Below, piece after piece: positions 11,185-22,546 of a DNA stretch of 64,000 nt (position 1 is its first letter; the number at the start of each line of letters is the position of its first letter). The translations under genes were made by a program, and so were the position numbers. The stretch spans positions 1,440,001-1,504,000 of the forward strand of contig CP000069.1 in assembly GCA_000002445.1 (NCBI GenBank), written 5' to 3'. The notes beneath the pieces are model-generated. The model saw nothing but the letters and a program-made list of their open reading frames with translations. It was not told the origin of the DNA and did no database searches. The stretch is from Trypanosoma brucei. Lineage: Eukaryota.

Positions 11185-12651
11185 TTATAGAAGCAAAAAT
11201 GCAAGGAAAGTAGGGACTTTGCTAATGACAAAAGAATTGTTTCCTGTGGTATTTGTAGTTTTTCCATCATTTTCCATATTCACCCCCTCTTTAAGTTTGC
11301 ATTTTCCGTCTTTGTGTTCGCAGTCTGTGTCTGCAATGTATTTGCTTTTTTCTGTGTCTTCCTTGCATTTTTCTTTTTTAGTATCTGAAACTTCCTTTTG
11401 GGCTGTTATCGCTGATTTTTTCCGCTGTCGTCTGCTGTAGGAAAAAGCGAGTGTGGTAGCGAATTTTCCAGGCTTGTTTGTGTCTTTGATCGTTGTTTTT
11501 ACAGGGTTGTTATCATTGTCGTAAGTGATTTCCTCAGTTGCCAAGGGATCTACCAGGTCTGCGGTTAGAGTTGACTCTCCTGCCGGAAGTAGAGCCTTAA
11601 CTGCTTCGGTTTGGCTGGTGGCTTCTTCTTTTGTGTTGACTTTTCCTGTTGCCAGAAGCTGTGCGAGTGCCCTCAGGTTACCTTCGTTGGCTAGTGTCGT
11701 CTTGCTTTTCAGCAACGGCCGCTCGTATAATTTGATGTCTGCGCCACGGTGCCTGCAGATGGCATTTGCGACTTTCTTTTGTGTCGTTAAGTGAGATTTG
11801 CTGTCTGTGTCGGCGTCTACGCACCCCGATCCTGCTCCCTGTCCTTTGAATAGTGATTGCTTTGCTGGGTCCTCGTCCTCTCCCTTTTTCCTCGTAATTG
11901 ATTTAACGCCGAGTGCAACTGTTAGGCTCCTCAGGCTCGCGCCGCTGTCGCCGCTGGTTGCGCAGGCGCCTTTTTTGTACGAGCGGTGCGGCCCGCCGGT
12001 GCCTGCGTTACCTTGAGCTGCTACAATTAGTTCGTACTCTGGAGTTAAGAAGCGCTCATCTTTGAGTAGCTTGATGTTTTCAATTTCTTGGAGTTCTACA
12101 ACCGCTTTGTCTATGTGTGTGCCGCTGCCTGCTGCTTCGGTGCAGCTGTCGGTCGTTGACGGCCCTCGGGATGTCGGTATAGTGCAGTGCTCGCCTGTGC
12201 CGGCGGACAAAAACGTCTGCGTCGTCGTTGCTGGTGTTGCGACCTGCGTATCCACCGCGTCGCGTTCTGCATGGATTAGCGCTTTCGTTTGTGACACCCT
12301 TGCTTTCAGCGTCTTCACCAGCTCTGTTATTTGGGCTTCTCCGGCTGCTATTGCTGCCTCTTGCTTCAATTCGGCTTCTTTTGTTTCGGCAGAAAGTGCA
12401 ATGTACGCCGCTGCCTTCTGAGTGTCTTCTGTACACACTGCCGCGAGGGTCAGTAGGGAATAGTCGTTGCTTAGCGCTGTAGCCCTTGATCGTGCTGTTG
12501 ACAGTTTCCCTTTAAAGTTAGAGATGAGTTTCTCAAGGTACATTACTTCATGGTAGGGGGAAGTGACTGCTTCTATGGATGTCTCTGCTGCACCCCCAAA
12601 CATTGCCGGCAGCAACACAACTGTTTGCATTGCTAACAACACCGCCGTCAT
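11185..12651 (-). CDS. VSG: VSG, apparently intact (488 aa)
   Basis: Single ORF with a true ATG (cat 12649-12651). Signal peptide MTAVLLAMQTVVLLPAMFGGAAE. Cys-containing C-domain. GPI signal GNNSFVISKVPTFLAFLLL. 16-mer-like element ~80 nt downstream (11096-11112). Confidence 0.85.
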   Translation of the reverse strand: MTAVLLAMQTVVLLPAMFGGAAETSIEAVTSPYHEVMYLEKLISNFKGKLSTARSRATALSNDYSLLTLAAVCTEDTQKAAAYIALSAETKEAELKQEAAIAAGEAQITELVKTLKARVSQTKALIHAERDAVDTQVATPATTTQTFLSAGTGEHCTIPTSRGPSTTDSCTEAAGSGTHIDKAVVELQEIENIKLLKDERFLTPEYELIVAAQGNAGTGGPHRSYKKGACATSGDSGASLRSLTVALGVKSITRKKGEDEDPAKQSLFKGQGAGSGCVDADTDSKSHLTTQKKVANAICRHRGADIKLYERPLLKSKTTLANEGNLRALAQLLATGKVNTKEEATSQTEAVKALLPAGESTLTADLVDPLATEEITYDNDNNPVKTTIKDTNKPGKFATTLAFSYSRRQRKKSAITAQKEVSDTKKEKCKEDTEKSKYIADTDCEHKDGKCKLKEGVNMENDGKTTNTTGNNSFVISKVPTFLAFLLL

Positions 12652-13899
12652 ACTCTGTTTCTATTTTGGCTTTGCTTGAGGTCATTGTGGGCAACGTGCT
12701 GCTTTGGAAAAATCAATTGCTTACTGCTTGCTGTACAGGTCGCACACCTGGGCACTACATTGTGATTATTATGTATTTCCATGCTTTTTGCTTGAAATGT
12801 ATTGGCCTTAGAGTTTAAATTCCAATTGTACACTCTTTTGCAATATTCGAACCCATTTTACATCCCCCTTATCAATCTTTAAATTTTTCAGCCGCGCAAC
12901 AGCCACACCAGCACTTTTTTCTACTGCATACGAAAAAACTTCTTTCTCTCTCTACATAAAAAAGTGTTAAATTTCATATGTTTTCACCTCAGGCTAGCAG
13001 TTTTCAATCTAGTAGCATAGCTATGACTTTGAACAACAAGATAGCGTTGCCCCTTCCCACGGACACGATTGTTTTTCTGCTTAAGGATTCGATGATCTTG
13101 CTTCTAGTTGAGCCGATTGCGTTTAACACTGAGTAATTTGTGGTCATGACGTGCTTTTTTCGCTGGTGTTGCTTTTTAAGTACGGTCCGTTAGTTTTTCA
13201 CAGGCGGCAACCCTTATGTTAACTACACATCCCTTGTAGGTCTTCGTGTCTATCCCGTACACCAATAGGTAACTTTAGGTGCATCATGAAAAACTTGTTC
13301 TATTTCAATTCGGTCCTCTGCAGCCATAAACACGCACCATTTTAAGTGATGTCCGCGTTTATATTCTTTTTTTTACTCGCCACACTAATCCACTAGCGCT
13401 CCTGGTTTAAAAATAACCCACTTGATAATATTATATTGTTTACTGTTATTATTAGCTCTTATTCCTATATCTGATGAGAGGAATACATCGACATTAACTC
13501 TCAATAACCTACCATTTACCCTTCTTCTTCCCAAATGGAGATTACAATTTGCCAACGATTAAACGTTAGACGCTATTATCATGTTTGCTCTTGCATTGAA
13601 TAATTTTTAAGTGAACTGTTCTGCACAATCTCTTCTTGTTAAAATTTCTGCGCATTACTGTGTTTTGCTTTCAACAATTATTTAGTTTTATAGGTGTTCT
13701 TCCGTGGGTTTTCAGCATGGCATACCGACTCAATTTGTCCTGTTCACTAAGCTATCTCTTTCGCCCTCGCTGTTTCCTATATCACCTTGTTGTGTACAAT
13801 GGTGCCCATCGGTGACTTTTTTAAAACTCCACGCCTGCATCTTTATCCTCTCTTTCTCTCTGTGTTTTCTATAATAATATTCCCCTTGGACCCATTCTT

Positions 13900-14035
13900 T
13901 CTCACTAACAACACTCTCCTATTATTATTATTATTACTGCTCTTATTATAATATTAGTATATACACACTCATAACACTATCCTATCATTACTATCATTGT
14001 TATTAGTGCGATTAATATTATTATTATAACTCTAA
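13900..14035 (-). repeat. 70-bp repeats, two tandem copies
   Basis: Two consecutive units each containing cac(t)aacactctcctat + (tta)n + tattataatatt.gtatatacacactca. Confidence 0.75.
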
Positions 14036-14287
14036 CAAATATATATAAAATATGCAACATAACAAAATTGCGAAATTTTATAATAACACTAACTTTTGAT
14101 AATTTATTAACATTATATTTTACACTCATAGTCAACTAATCATCATAACTTTTTATATCTTTGAGAATATTCACTAATTTTACACTTATGTCTAAAAGTA
14201 TTAAAATATCTTACATTTCAGCAAATTCTTCAAAAATAGCAAATATCATAAATTTCATAGAGTAACAATCATCAAAATTCTGGAATG

Positions 14288-14700
14288 CTAAAATTGAAAC
14301 GTACTCACAAATAAGGCAGCAGCCATCAGAACCAATTTCTTATTTACAAGGAAACTGGATACGGAATTTTGGTTCAACTTTTCCCTGTCCATCAATGAAA
14401 TAAATCCATCCGAAAACAGATTTTTTTCCCTCCGTAGGCTTGCCTGGCGGCTTGGCACATTTCTCTGGATCAGCATACTGGCCACAATTAGGGTCTGCTG
14501 TCCCTGCAGCTCCACCTGTTCCTGCTGTGTTTGTCTGAGCTTCTCCATCATTGGGTTTGCAGTGGTTTCCTGTTGTAGCTGTGGTGCTATTCCATTTGAT
14601 GTTAGCTGCTGTGTACGTTGCGTTTGTTATGTAACGGTTGCTGTATGCAGGTGTCGCTGAAGCTTGCTGCCTAATTGGCCTCATGTGTTTCTGCTGAATA
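14288..14700 (-). pseudogene. VSG: Orphan VSG C-terminal fragment (frameshifted)
   Basis: ORF 14340-14684 encodes a C-domain (NCGQYADPEKCAKPPGKPTEGKKSVFGWIYFIDGQGK). The GPI tail (NKKLVLMAAALFVSTFQF) is in another frame at 14288-14345. Sequence upstream of 14700 is not VSG-like. Confidence 0.65.
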
Positions 14701-15045
14701 TCGTTCGACTGCCCCTACCTTGCCTCAAAAGCACAGAGAGGCTGCAGTGAAACTACCACACGACGCTGTAAAAAACGTGTTATTATTATTTAATTAAAGA
14801 CGGCAAAAAACGAAAGTAAGTTTAAAAAAATATATACCTCAAAATACAGAGTTGACACTCACAAAAGCGAAAAAAGTAACAAATAAAGGTGACGTTAGGG
14901 GTAAAGAATATAGAGGCGAAGATGCCTGCTGCGTTAATAAAGGCTAGCGTTCGCATCAAAATATAGGCGCCGTATCACTAAAAAAAACTAAACTCGAGAC
15001 GATTCAATGCTAATATATATAAAATTATTAGTAGAGAGAAGAAAA

Positions 15046-15075
15046 AACCCTAACCCTAACCCGCTAACCCGAAAC
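15046..15075 (-). repeat. Interstitial telomere-type hexamer tract (degenerate 4-5 units)
   Basis: aaccctaaccctaacccgctaacccgaaac. A second short tract, tcctaaccctaaaaag, lies at 15349-15363. Both are in the A-rich block 14790-15520 downstream of the VSG stop at 15529. Confidence 0.7.
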
Positions 15076-15470
15076 ACCGCGAGGTGCGTTTTGAAGAAAA
15101 AAGGCGCCGTCAAAAAAAAAAACGAAAAACCAAGAAGACAAAAAAAAAGTCGCGGGCGGGGCGTAAAAAAAAGTCAAATTCAAAAAATCATAAAATTAAA
15201 AAAATAAAATCATGTAATACAAAAAAAAGTGTAAAAAAGAGCCGGTGAAAGACGCGCTAAAAAAAACGCGAATTCCAAAAATTAAAAAAAAGCAAAAAAT
15301 GAACGAAGAAAATTGAGGAAAAAACCTTGAAAAAAACACCTAAAAAAATCCTAACCCTAAAAAGTTCAAAAAAATTAAACGTAAAAAGGAAAAAATTTTT
15401 AGTTTCCAAAAAATATTTTTTAGAGAATCAGATTTTTTACAACCAACAAAAAATTCTCGGCTGAATTTAG

Positions 15471-15486
15471 GTGTTAAAATATATCA
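15471..15486 (-). promoter_or_regulatory. VSG 3'UTR 16-mer, exact
   Basis: gtgttaaaatatatca, 43 nt downstream of the VSG stop. Confidence 0.8.
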
Positions 15487-15528
15487 AATAGCAAAAATTT
15501 TAGCGAAGAAAAAAGTTGAGGGGGAGCT

Positions 15529-16914
15529 TTAAAAAAGCAAAAATGCAAGTGTAAGAAGGGAAGTTTTAATAAGAAAAGAATTGCTTCCTGTGGTGTTTGT
15601 GGTTTTGCTATCTCCTCCATCTTTCTGCTCTGTCTTTTCTTCTAACTTTTTGGCCTCCTCTTTATTCAATTTGCACTTTGCATCCTTTCCTGTTCCCTCC
15701 ACTTTGCATGGTGGTTTACATTCATCTCCTGTTCCTTTCTTTTCGCAAGTTGTGTCTGTTTCTGTGATCTCAACAACTCCTGGAGTTGTTTGAGGCAGTG
15801 GTAAGGTCGTTCCCTCCGTGGCTAGCTTTGCTGCTTCGTACGCATTTCTTGCTGTCAGGGCTAGGTTTTTTAGCTGTTGTCGATAGTGACGAAGAGCTGC
15901 AGAAGCTGTTTGGCCAGCTTTTAGCTTTTCGATCGCATCCCTCATTTTGTTTTCCCAGGTTATTCCCGTCCCGGGTGTCTTTAACTGTGCGACGTAGTTT
16001 ACACAGTTTTGTTCGCTGGCGCCGTCGCATTGGCTGGCGCTGTACTTTCCAAGGACATATCTTATTTCGTCACCGGTTTCCCCGTTGGGATTCCGGCCCA
16101 GCATGCTGTGGAATATTGCTAGTCTGGCCTCGATTAGTTCCCCGGTTAGGGCTGGTGGTTTTGCCGGGGATTTGCAAAGGCTGATGACATGGGTTATCGC
16201 CTGCTGACCGGTATTACCGGCGCCGTCTACTTGTGGCGCGGTGGCGCTGCCGCACTCAGTGGTGGTGGCGGCCGCTTTGTTTGTGCAGAGGCAAATCATG
16301 TCGTCTAGTAAATTTTTTCCTGCCGCGCTATTACCGTTGCTGGTCGGGCCGCAGCTGTTTCTGCTGCCGCCGAAGTCGCCTTCTGTGTACTTGCTGTCTT
16401 TGTCGCCGTATATGGCCGTGAGTATATCTTCTATCGCTTTTGCGTGGCTTTCTGTCGCTGTCTTCTGGGCAGCGTCGTATTTTTCTTGTATTGCGTCCGT
16501 TTGTTTTATCAGTTGTGTTATTATCGCTTGCGCTGAGGCTTTTTGGGCTTTGTTTGTGAGTTTGGCGTATATTTGTTTGTTTTCATCTCCATGTTTTGAG
16601 TTTATTATCTCTGTTATGTGCTGTTGCCACGCTTTTAGTTTTGCCGCATCGTTCCCTTGCATCAGATCCTTGTATTTTCCATTCGCATCTTTTAGGAAGT
16701 CGTCATCTGCTACTGATACATTGAGGTTGTAGATTGGCGTTCTTAGCTCCGAGAAAGTCGCAGATGTTTCTTCGGTTGCTGGCGGGTCGGCCGCGTCTTT
16801 TAATGTGAACAAGTTGCATAGAGCGCCGAATTCAACTGCGTGCTGGTTCTTTGCAGCATTTGCATTCCTTAATAGTATACACAGAGCAAGAAATCTAATA
16901 ATTAACATATTCAT
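15529..16914 (-). CDS. VSG: VSG, apparently intact (B-type N-domain; ~461 aa from ATG at 16912-16914)
   Basis: The track ORF 15529-16947 begins at a GTG. The first in-frame ATG gives MNMLIIRFLALCILLRNANA (signal peptide), followed by AKNQHAVEFGALCNL. Cys-rich C-domain. GPI signal GSNSFLIKTSLLTLAFLLF. Confidence 0.85.
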   Translation of the reverse strand: MNMLIIRFLALCILLRNANAAKNQHAVEFGALCNLFTLKDAADPPATEETSATFSELRTPIYNLNVSVADDDFLKDANGKYKDLMQGNDAAKLKAWQQHITEIINSKHGDENKQIYAKLTNKAQKASAQAIITQLIKQTDAIQEKYDAAQKTATESHAKAIEDILTAIYGDKDSKYTEGDFGGSRNSCGPTSNGNSAAGKNLLDDMICLCTNKAAATTTECGSATAPQVDGAGNTGQQAITHVISLCKSPAKPPALTGELIEARLAIFHSMLGRNPNGETGDEIRYVLGKYSASQCDGASEQNCVNYVAQLKTPGTGITWENKMRDAIEKLKAGQTASAALRHYRQQLKNLALTARNAYEAAKLATEGTTLPLPQTTPGVVEITETDTTCEKKGTGDECKPPCKVEGTGKDAKCKLNKEEAKKLEEKTEQKDGGDSKTTNTTGSNSFLIKTSLLTLAFLLF

Positions 16915-17229
16915 ACCTCTTTCTTTATTTACTGCTATTCGTGGCACTACTTTTGTGTCACTTCAGCTTTGGTTAGGTGGCTGTCTGTGTAGGGTCACAG
17001 CTGGATACGTCGCTCAGGTTTTGTGGCGTTGGTTAAAAAAAGGCAGTAACAGATTTTTTGGCCAAGTGATATTACAAATTTTTTCCGCGCCTACACGAGA
17101 TTATCACATCTTTATTTTGTTCTGCCGCTTCTTACAATTCATTCGCCTAAAACAAATTCTTATCTCTTACCGTATAGACACAAATTCTATCATATTATAT
17201 TCAACATCTTCTCACATTCCGCATAAGTT

Positions 17230-18060
17230 GCAATTTTCTCCAAATATTCGGAAAAAACTGCCTTCCTTCAATCATTTATACCAAATAAGATTTTTCACAA
17301 TCAACTTCGCTTCCTTTTTACATGAAATAGGCTACCCTGGAAACGAATTAATAAAGCGTTTCCAATCACCACACTATTGGGAAGAGTAAAAAATCTCTCT
17401 TCATAATCGAATCCAGTCATTCCACCTCCTCAAAACAGATCTCTGCCCAACATTTTCTTCTTCGATTGCACTCCAAATGAGAAAATGTTTGTAAATGCTT
17501 TGCTCTGCCAACTATTCCTCACTTCCTCTCAGCAATTCTCCCAATGCATATTCAAATTTCTTAACTGCCATACTTTTGCTATTAAACAACCACCATTAAG
17601 GTAATATTTTACACTAGGAGGTGATTTCAGTAAATGAGGTAATTTTCTATCTTTCTTTTCTTTTCTGTAGCCAACATTAAAAAGCCAATAACATCTCTGC
17701 ATATGCTTCTTGTGATCTGAGTTCATAAGCAAATCCAACTGAGAAGCATAACATTCTGATGTTGTTATGAATAAAATAGGGGAAATATGCTTCTCTTTTA
17801 CTATATCTTCTCCACTAAATTTATCTTCATTATCAGCAGTATTTTGTGTAAAATATTTACTGCACTCTCATACTTCTCTTTCCATCAGAAACAATAACAT
17901 CAGACCCATCCAAATGAATTACAATATCCTCATCACTTGCATTATGTCTCTCTAAAATTTTCATAGCCCATCTAGGCCTTTTGACGTGACTATACAAACC
18001 TTCCATTGCAATTGTAATATTTTCAACATGACTTGATTTGGCGCTCAATATAAATCAGCC
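17230..18060 (-). other. Paralogous coding-like block copy A (unknown degenerate gene) immediately upstream of a VSG
   Basis: ~75-85% nucleotide identity to 54880-55610. Minus-strand peptides are conserved between copies: DLLMNSDHKKHMQRCYWLFNVGYRKEKKDRKLPHLLKSPPS vs DLLMNSDHRGHVEGCYWFFNVSYRKEKYKKIPHLVKSPPS; GFDYEERFFTLPNS vs GLDYEERFFSILNS; LYSHVKRPRW vs LYSHVKRPR*. Confidence 0.55.
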
Positions 18061-18699
18061 TACACTGTTCTTGAGTTGTATGAGTTTGTACAACAGCCAG
18101 AAGCACTTTGGGCTTCTTATGATCGTTATGTATTATATATTTTTCTTATTTTTTGCTATTGTATCTTGTGTGAGTGATATTTAACTTAAACAGGTCAAGT
18201 ATAATGGCAACAGTAATAGTCATGCTATAAAGGTAACAAATTTTATTTTTTAATCCACTTTTCAGAATAAATAGGGTTATTAGAAAAAATTGAAAATCTC
18301 GAGAATATGGGAAATTCTATCACAAGGTATATTTTAATTTTCGAAATTTTTACAAGTTTAATTACAAAATATACAGCTCTTTATCTAAATTTAAAACATC
18401 AATATTATGAGTTTCAGTGGTTTTTATTGCTGTTGGTGACGTATAAGCTCCAGCGGTATGTCTACTGCACTTCATCTTACCATCATTTTACTTCTAACAT
18501 ATTTCTGTGCATAATGCCTATCATCATAACTGTGTTTGAATGTGAGCATGCTCAAATTACATTCTTCTACCTTTCTTTGTACTTTTCTTTTAATAATATT
18601 CTTCTTGTCCTTTCTCATTAATCTCATATTCACACTGAAACCTCCCCATCTTTTTTATTGCTTCTGTATCTTCCATTCATTTAGTAACCACCACCGCCG

Positions 18700-18800
18700 T
18701 CAAAAATACTTGTACATTTACACTCACAGCTCCTTCCTATCATTCTTATTTTTTTTCCACATTTTTTAAATTAAAACCCCAACTAATATCCATAAGATAA
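18700..18800 (-). repeat. Degenerate 70-bp-repeat remnant plus conserved adjoining block
   Basis: cactcacagctccttcctatcattcttatt, then aaccccaactaatatccataagataaac...gcacgcatttttcataccctatcactctactac, the block seen beside most 70-bp repeats in this window. Confidence 0.4.
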
Positions 18801-19053
18801 ACATAATAAAAAATAGACCGAATGATAATAGCACGCATTTTTCATACCCTATCACTCTACTACTTTACACTCACAGACAATAATCATACACAGTTTACTA
18901 TAATTTCATCTCTTTTAGATTTTATAAAGTTTAGCAAATTCTCAAAAAAATTTTCATACTTTTCATGTGGCTGAGCAAAAATCATCATAATTTTAAAATG
19001 CTAAAGTTCTACCAAACTCATAAAGACAGCAGAAGTCAGAGCATATTTCTTAT

Positions 19054-20600
19054 TTATAATAAAACTGAAAGAGCGGAATTAACTTCCTCTTTATCACTCT
19101 CACTGTCACCTCCCTTTTTCCAGCCACAATGCTTTTTGCCATTCTTGTTTGCATCCTCACAAGCTTGTTGGGTTAAAAGTTTGCTGCAGTCAGGTTTTCC
19201 ATCTTTTCCTTCTGTTTCTTGGTTTGCTTTTTTCGCTTCTTTTTTGGCTTCCTTGCTCAATGTGCACTTTTCACCATCTTTGCCGTCTTTGTTAAAAACG
19301 CATTCCTTATCCTTAAGTTCCTTACATTTGTCTTTGTCATTTCCTGCTGCATTGCATACTTTCTCCTTGTCTTCTGTTGGTTGTTGTTGCTTTGGCTTTT
19401 GTGCCTCTTCTAGTTGCTTTTTCAAGGACTGCATATTCTTAAGGAGCTCTACATCATAGTAGTATTGTAGTTTCTCCAGTTGCTCTATGTCCTCTATTTC
19501 CCCTAACATCTTGTCCGCATGTAATCCTGCCGTTTTGGCGGGTATTTTTTCGCGGCTTATAGCATCTTCTGTTTCTCTTATTTTCTCTGGCGTGTCATCT
19601 TCAAAAATCTTTTTTATCTCGGCGCTGATTTTGGTCGGGTCGGCTATACTTCCGTCATCTAAATTGATTGCCAATAAACATTTCAGCTCGCCTCGTTCAG
19701 ACGGCTTGCCTGTTTGGTTAATGAAGCCGGTATTGCTGGCGCTTTTTAGATTCGTGATTTGTTCATGTGCATCCTTCCACGGTTTTGTTTTGTCGTCCCC
19801 CGTGTGTGTTAGGTCAGTTTTGCCAGTAAAGCTGCTTATACCAGCGTTAGTCGCTAGCTTCAGATAGTCGGCCATTGCAGTTGGGGTCCCATCCGGGCTA
19901 GTTTGTGCCCATCCGTTTGTGTTGTGGTATAGGAGGATGTTGCAGTGTCCTGTTGCTGCTGCTGGCGCGATGTTGTTGCCGCTGTTTGCGCCGTGTAGTA
20001 GGGTTTCGTAGCCGTTGCGTGTCACTAGTTTTGCGCTGTAAGGCGCCGCTGTCGGATCGGGGGCCGCGAGTCTGCAGAGTTTGTCGCCTAAGTTGTCTTG
20101 CTGCCGGGCAGCTGCAGTGTCTGCGTTTTTTCCTTGCAGCAGGCAGATGTTGTTCGTTCCGTTGACACTGTCAAGTAGTGCCATGAAATCGTCGATGCGT
20201 CCTTTCAGATAACTAGTGCTAGAAATTTCCGCCACGTGGCTTCCAACTATGGTAGATTCATATCGATTTAAGGATCCTGCCGCCTGTGTGGCGTAGTAAG
20301 CTTTTAACGTTATGGCTTTCCTAGCCAACGAGTTGTATTGGTTTTTTGCGGCATAAATGCTTGCCCGTGCATTCGCTTTCTATAGTGTTTGGATGTGGTT
20401 TAGCATTTGTTTGGTCTCGTGATGGACGCCGCCTGTTACCTGACCTAATTCTGTTAGTACTGCGCATATTGGTTCCCATGCTGTGTTTGATAGTCAACCG
20501 TGCCCCGCATCTTCCGATTGTTTGCTTGTGTGTGTTAAAAAACAGAGGAATACGCACACCAATGCATCGCGTCTTGTCTTTCCTTGCGAAATCTTGATCA
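19054..20600 (-). pseudogene. VSG: VSG pseudogene (A-type; in-frame stops at the N-terminus, degenerate C-terminal tail)
   Basis: ORF 19054-20328 begins at TTG, not ATG. Extending the frame upstream gives ...LSNTAWEPICAVLTELGQVTGGVHHETKQMLNHIQTL*KANARASIYAAKNQYNSLARKAITLK with TAG at 20380-20382 and TGA at ~20497. Architecture parallels the intact VSG at 40781-42244 (TTWEPLCQVSEELDG...). The C-terminus ends ...EVNSALSVLL without a typical GPI hydrophobic tail. Confidence 0.75.
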
Positions 20601-22206
20601 TTTGCAACGTAGCTACGTCGTTTTGTTGCCGCTTCTGGTTGTCCTAAGAGGTCTGTAATGTCCAGGATTGTCGGTTGGTGCCTAAGTCTGTGTAGAAGTG
20701 TAGTTGTGGATGAGTTTGTAGTTATTTTGTAAATATAGTAAGGCACTGTATTTATTTTGCTTTATTTATGTATGTGTTTTGTATAAGGCACCACAAAGCA
20801 GAAAAATTCAACCAGTAGGAGACGGGCGCAGGAGCTGAATTTTTTCTTATGCCATATCCGCTCTTACAGTTACATTGAAACGTTTCAGCGCTGTTGTTAC
20901 TTTATTAGAGCTGTCTGATTTTGTCATTTTTGAGCTAAAATCATTACCTATTGTTTGTTGTGTTGTTGCGCTTGCTCCGTGTGATCAGGTTATTTATTGA
21001 CAACATCCGCGTCGGGATTATAACCGAACTCCTCTATAGATATTTTATTCCATGTTTTTGTTTCTTTATGGAACGTAGAGGGGAAGAAAAGGGATAAAGA
21101 TGTTGGGTTCTTATTGCTTTTTTGTGATTCCAAAAAAAAAAGCGCACAGTTAAACTGAAAAATATTACTCTTAAACGCAACAAACATCGATAAATATCTG
21201 CATATAAAAAACTTTAAATTTATGGCTTTCACTATTTTTTAGGGTATGCTAATGCACAATATTGGCCTCGGTTAGAAATACCCTCGCAGGGTTGTTTTTT
21301 GTCACAGATATGGTTTTTTCTTTTCATTTGCATTCGGGCCGCTTTTAGACTATTTGTATCATTTAGGGCCTAGTAAACTTTTCCCTGTCCCCATCGTCGT
21401 CGACCATATGAGTTTTCTCATACCAGCAATTAATCAAGGATAGTTTTTGATTTTAACATCAAGGAGCTGTCGTGTCAACGAAGTTAATGTGTCGCCGTGA
21501 CGTTTGTAAGGGATTTGAAATGTGACTCATGTGATCTCTTCTGATTCATAGAAATCTGACGCTGGTTCATATACGCAGTATTTTAATAAGTATCGTAGTT
21601 TAAATCCTCCTTTTTTGTACACGGTAATCTATTAGTATTCATCATTTTAAAATTCTTCTTCGAATAATCTCATATTTCTGCACAAATTTTGACAATTATT
21701 ACTGTGTTTGATGAGAATACGACTCAACATTACCTTACACTTACCGAATCCCCTTTTGCTCCTGCTGTTTCCTATTTGGCCGGTTCTTCTTCATAGGTAG
21801 ACGTTAGAATATGCTAATAGATTTTAAACTTGAGTCACATTCATCTCCGCGATAGTATCGACAAGCCTTTGTGTGAAATACAGATACTCATCTCTTCCTT
21901 TATTATTTTTCCCTTCGCCGAGCTGTTACACATTCTGCTTTTTCATTCTGCATTTTCTGTTTATTTCTACTATCATTGCTTATTTTTATGACTGAAAATC
22001 CCATATGTCCTGTACGCTGGACTTTGCCTTTTCCTCATTGTCCCCTCCATCATTTCCTTGTGTATGGTCACGGACCTTGTCATATTTGCGGATGAAACTG
22101 CGTATATTCTCTTCCCCTCTTTACCTCACTTACCCCCACTGCACTCCTGTCACTCTATTATGTGTAACTATTTTTTTCAGTCATTCACTCAGCAATACTA
22201 CTTTTC

Positions 22207-22243
22207 TTACAATATTCTTATACACAGACTCACAACACTCTCC

Positions 22244-22295
<52 letters not shown>

Positions 22296-22303
22296 ACCTT
22301 ACC
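22207..22303 (-). repeat. 70-bp repeat with expanded (TTA)~19 microsatellite
   Basis: cacagactcacaacactctcctat followed by ~57 nt of pure (tta)n at 22240-22296, then ttataacc. Confidence 0.8.
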
Positions 22304-22546
22304 TAATATCAATAAAATAAACAAAAAAATAAATAAAGAAAATTACAATAGCATCCATTTTTCGTACCATAGAACCACAGTAATATGCAACAATATGTCG
22401 GTTTTATACCACAATTATATATTTAGATTTTTAAAAGGTTTTACAAAGTTTTTAAATATATCAAGTGTCAAAAATGTTAGAAATTACCTAAAAACATTAA
22501 GTTTTTTAAATTTTATTAAATGAAGAAAAATATTATAAAAAATTAA

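Noticed and set aside
15007-15207. Lys/Arg-rich 66-aa ORF
   Set aside because: It lies in an A-rich low-complexity flank containing telomere-hexamer tracts. It is a translation artefact of poly(A)-like sequence.
16241-16732. Long plus-strand ORFs antisense to VSG genes (for example 16241-16732, 41118-41864, 5188-5571, 8464-8979, 47089-47673)
   Set aside because: They lie entirely within and opposite to well-supported minus-strand VSG or ingi coding sequence. They have no signal, GPI or domain features and start at non-ATG codons. They are typical antisense open frames of compositionally biased coding DNA.
20321-20746. 141-aa minus-strand ORF upstream of the VSG at 19054
   Set aside because: It is out of frame relative to the VSG N-terminus that occupies the same DNA. 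The VSG frame (LSNTAWEPICAVLTELG...) is the meaningful one and carries stops, so the whole region is called as one VSG pseudogene.
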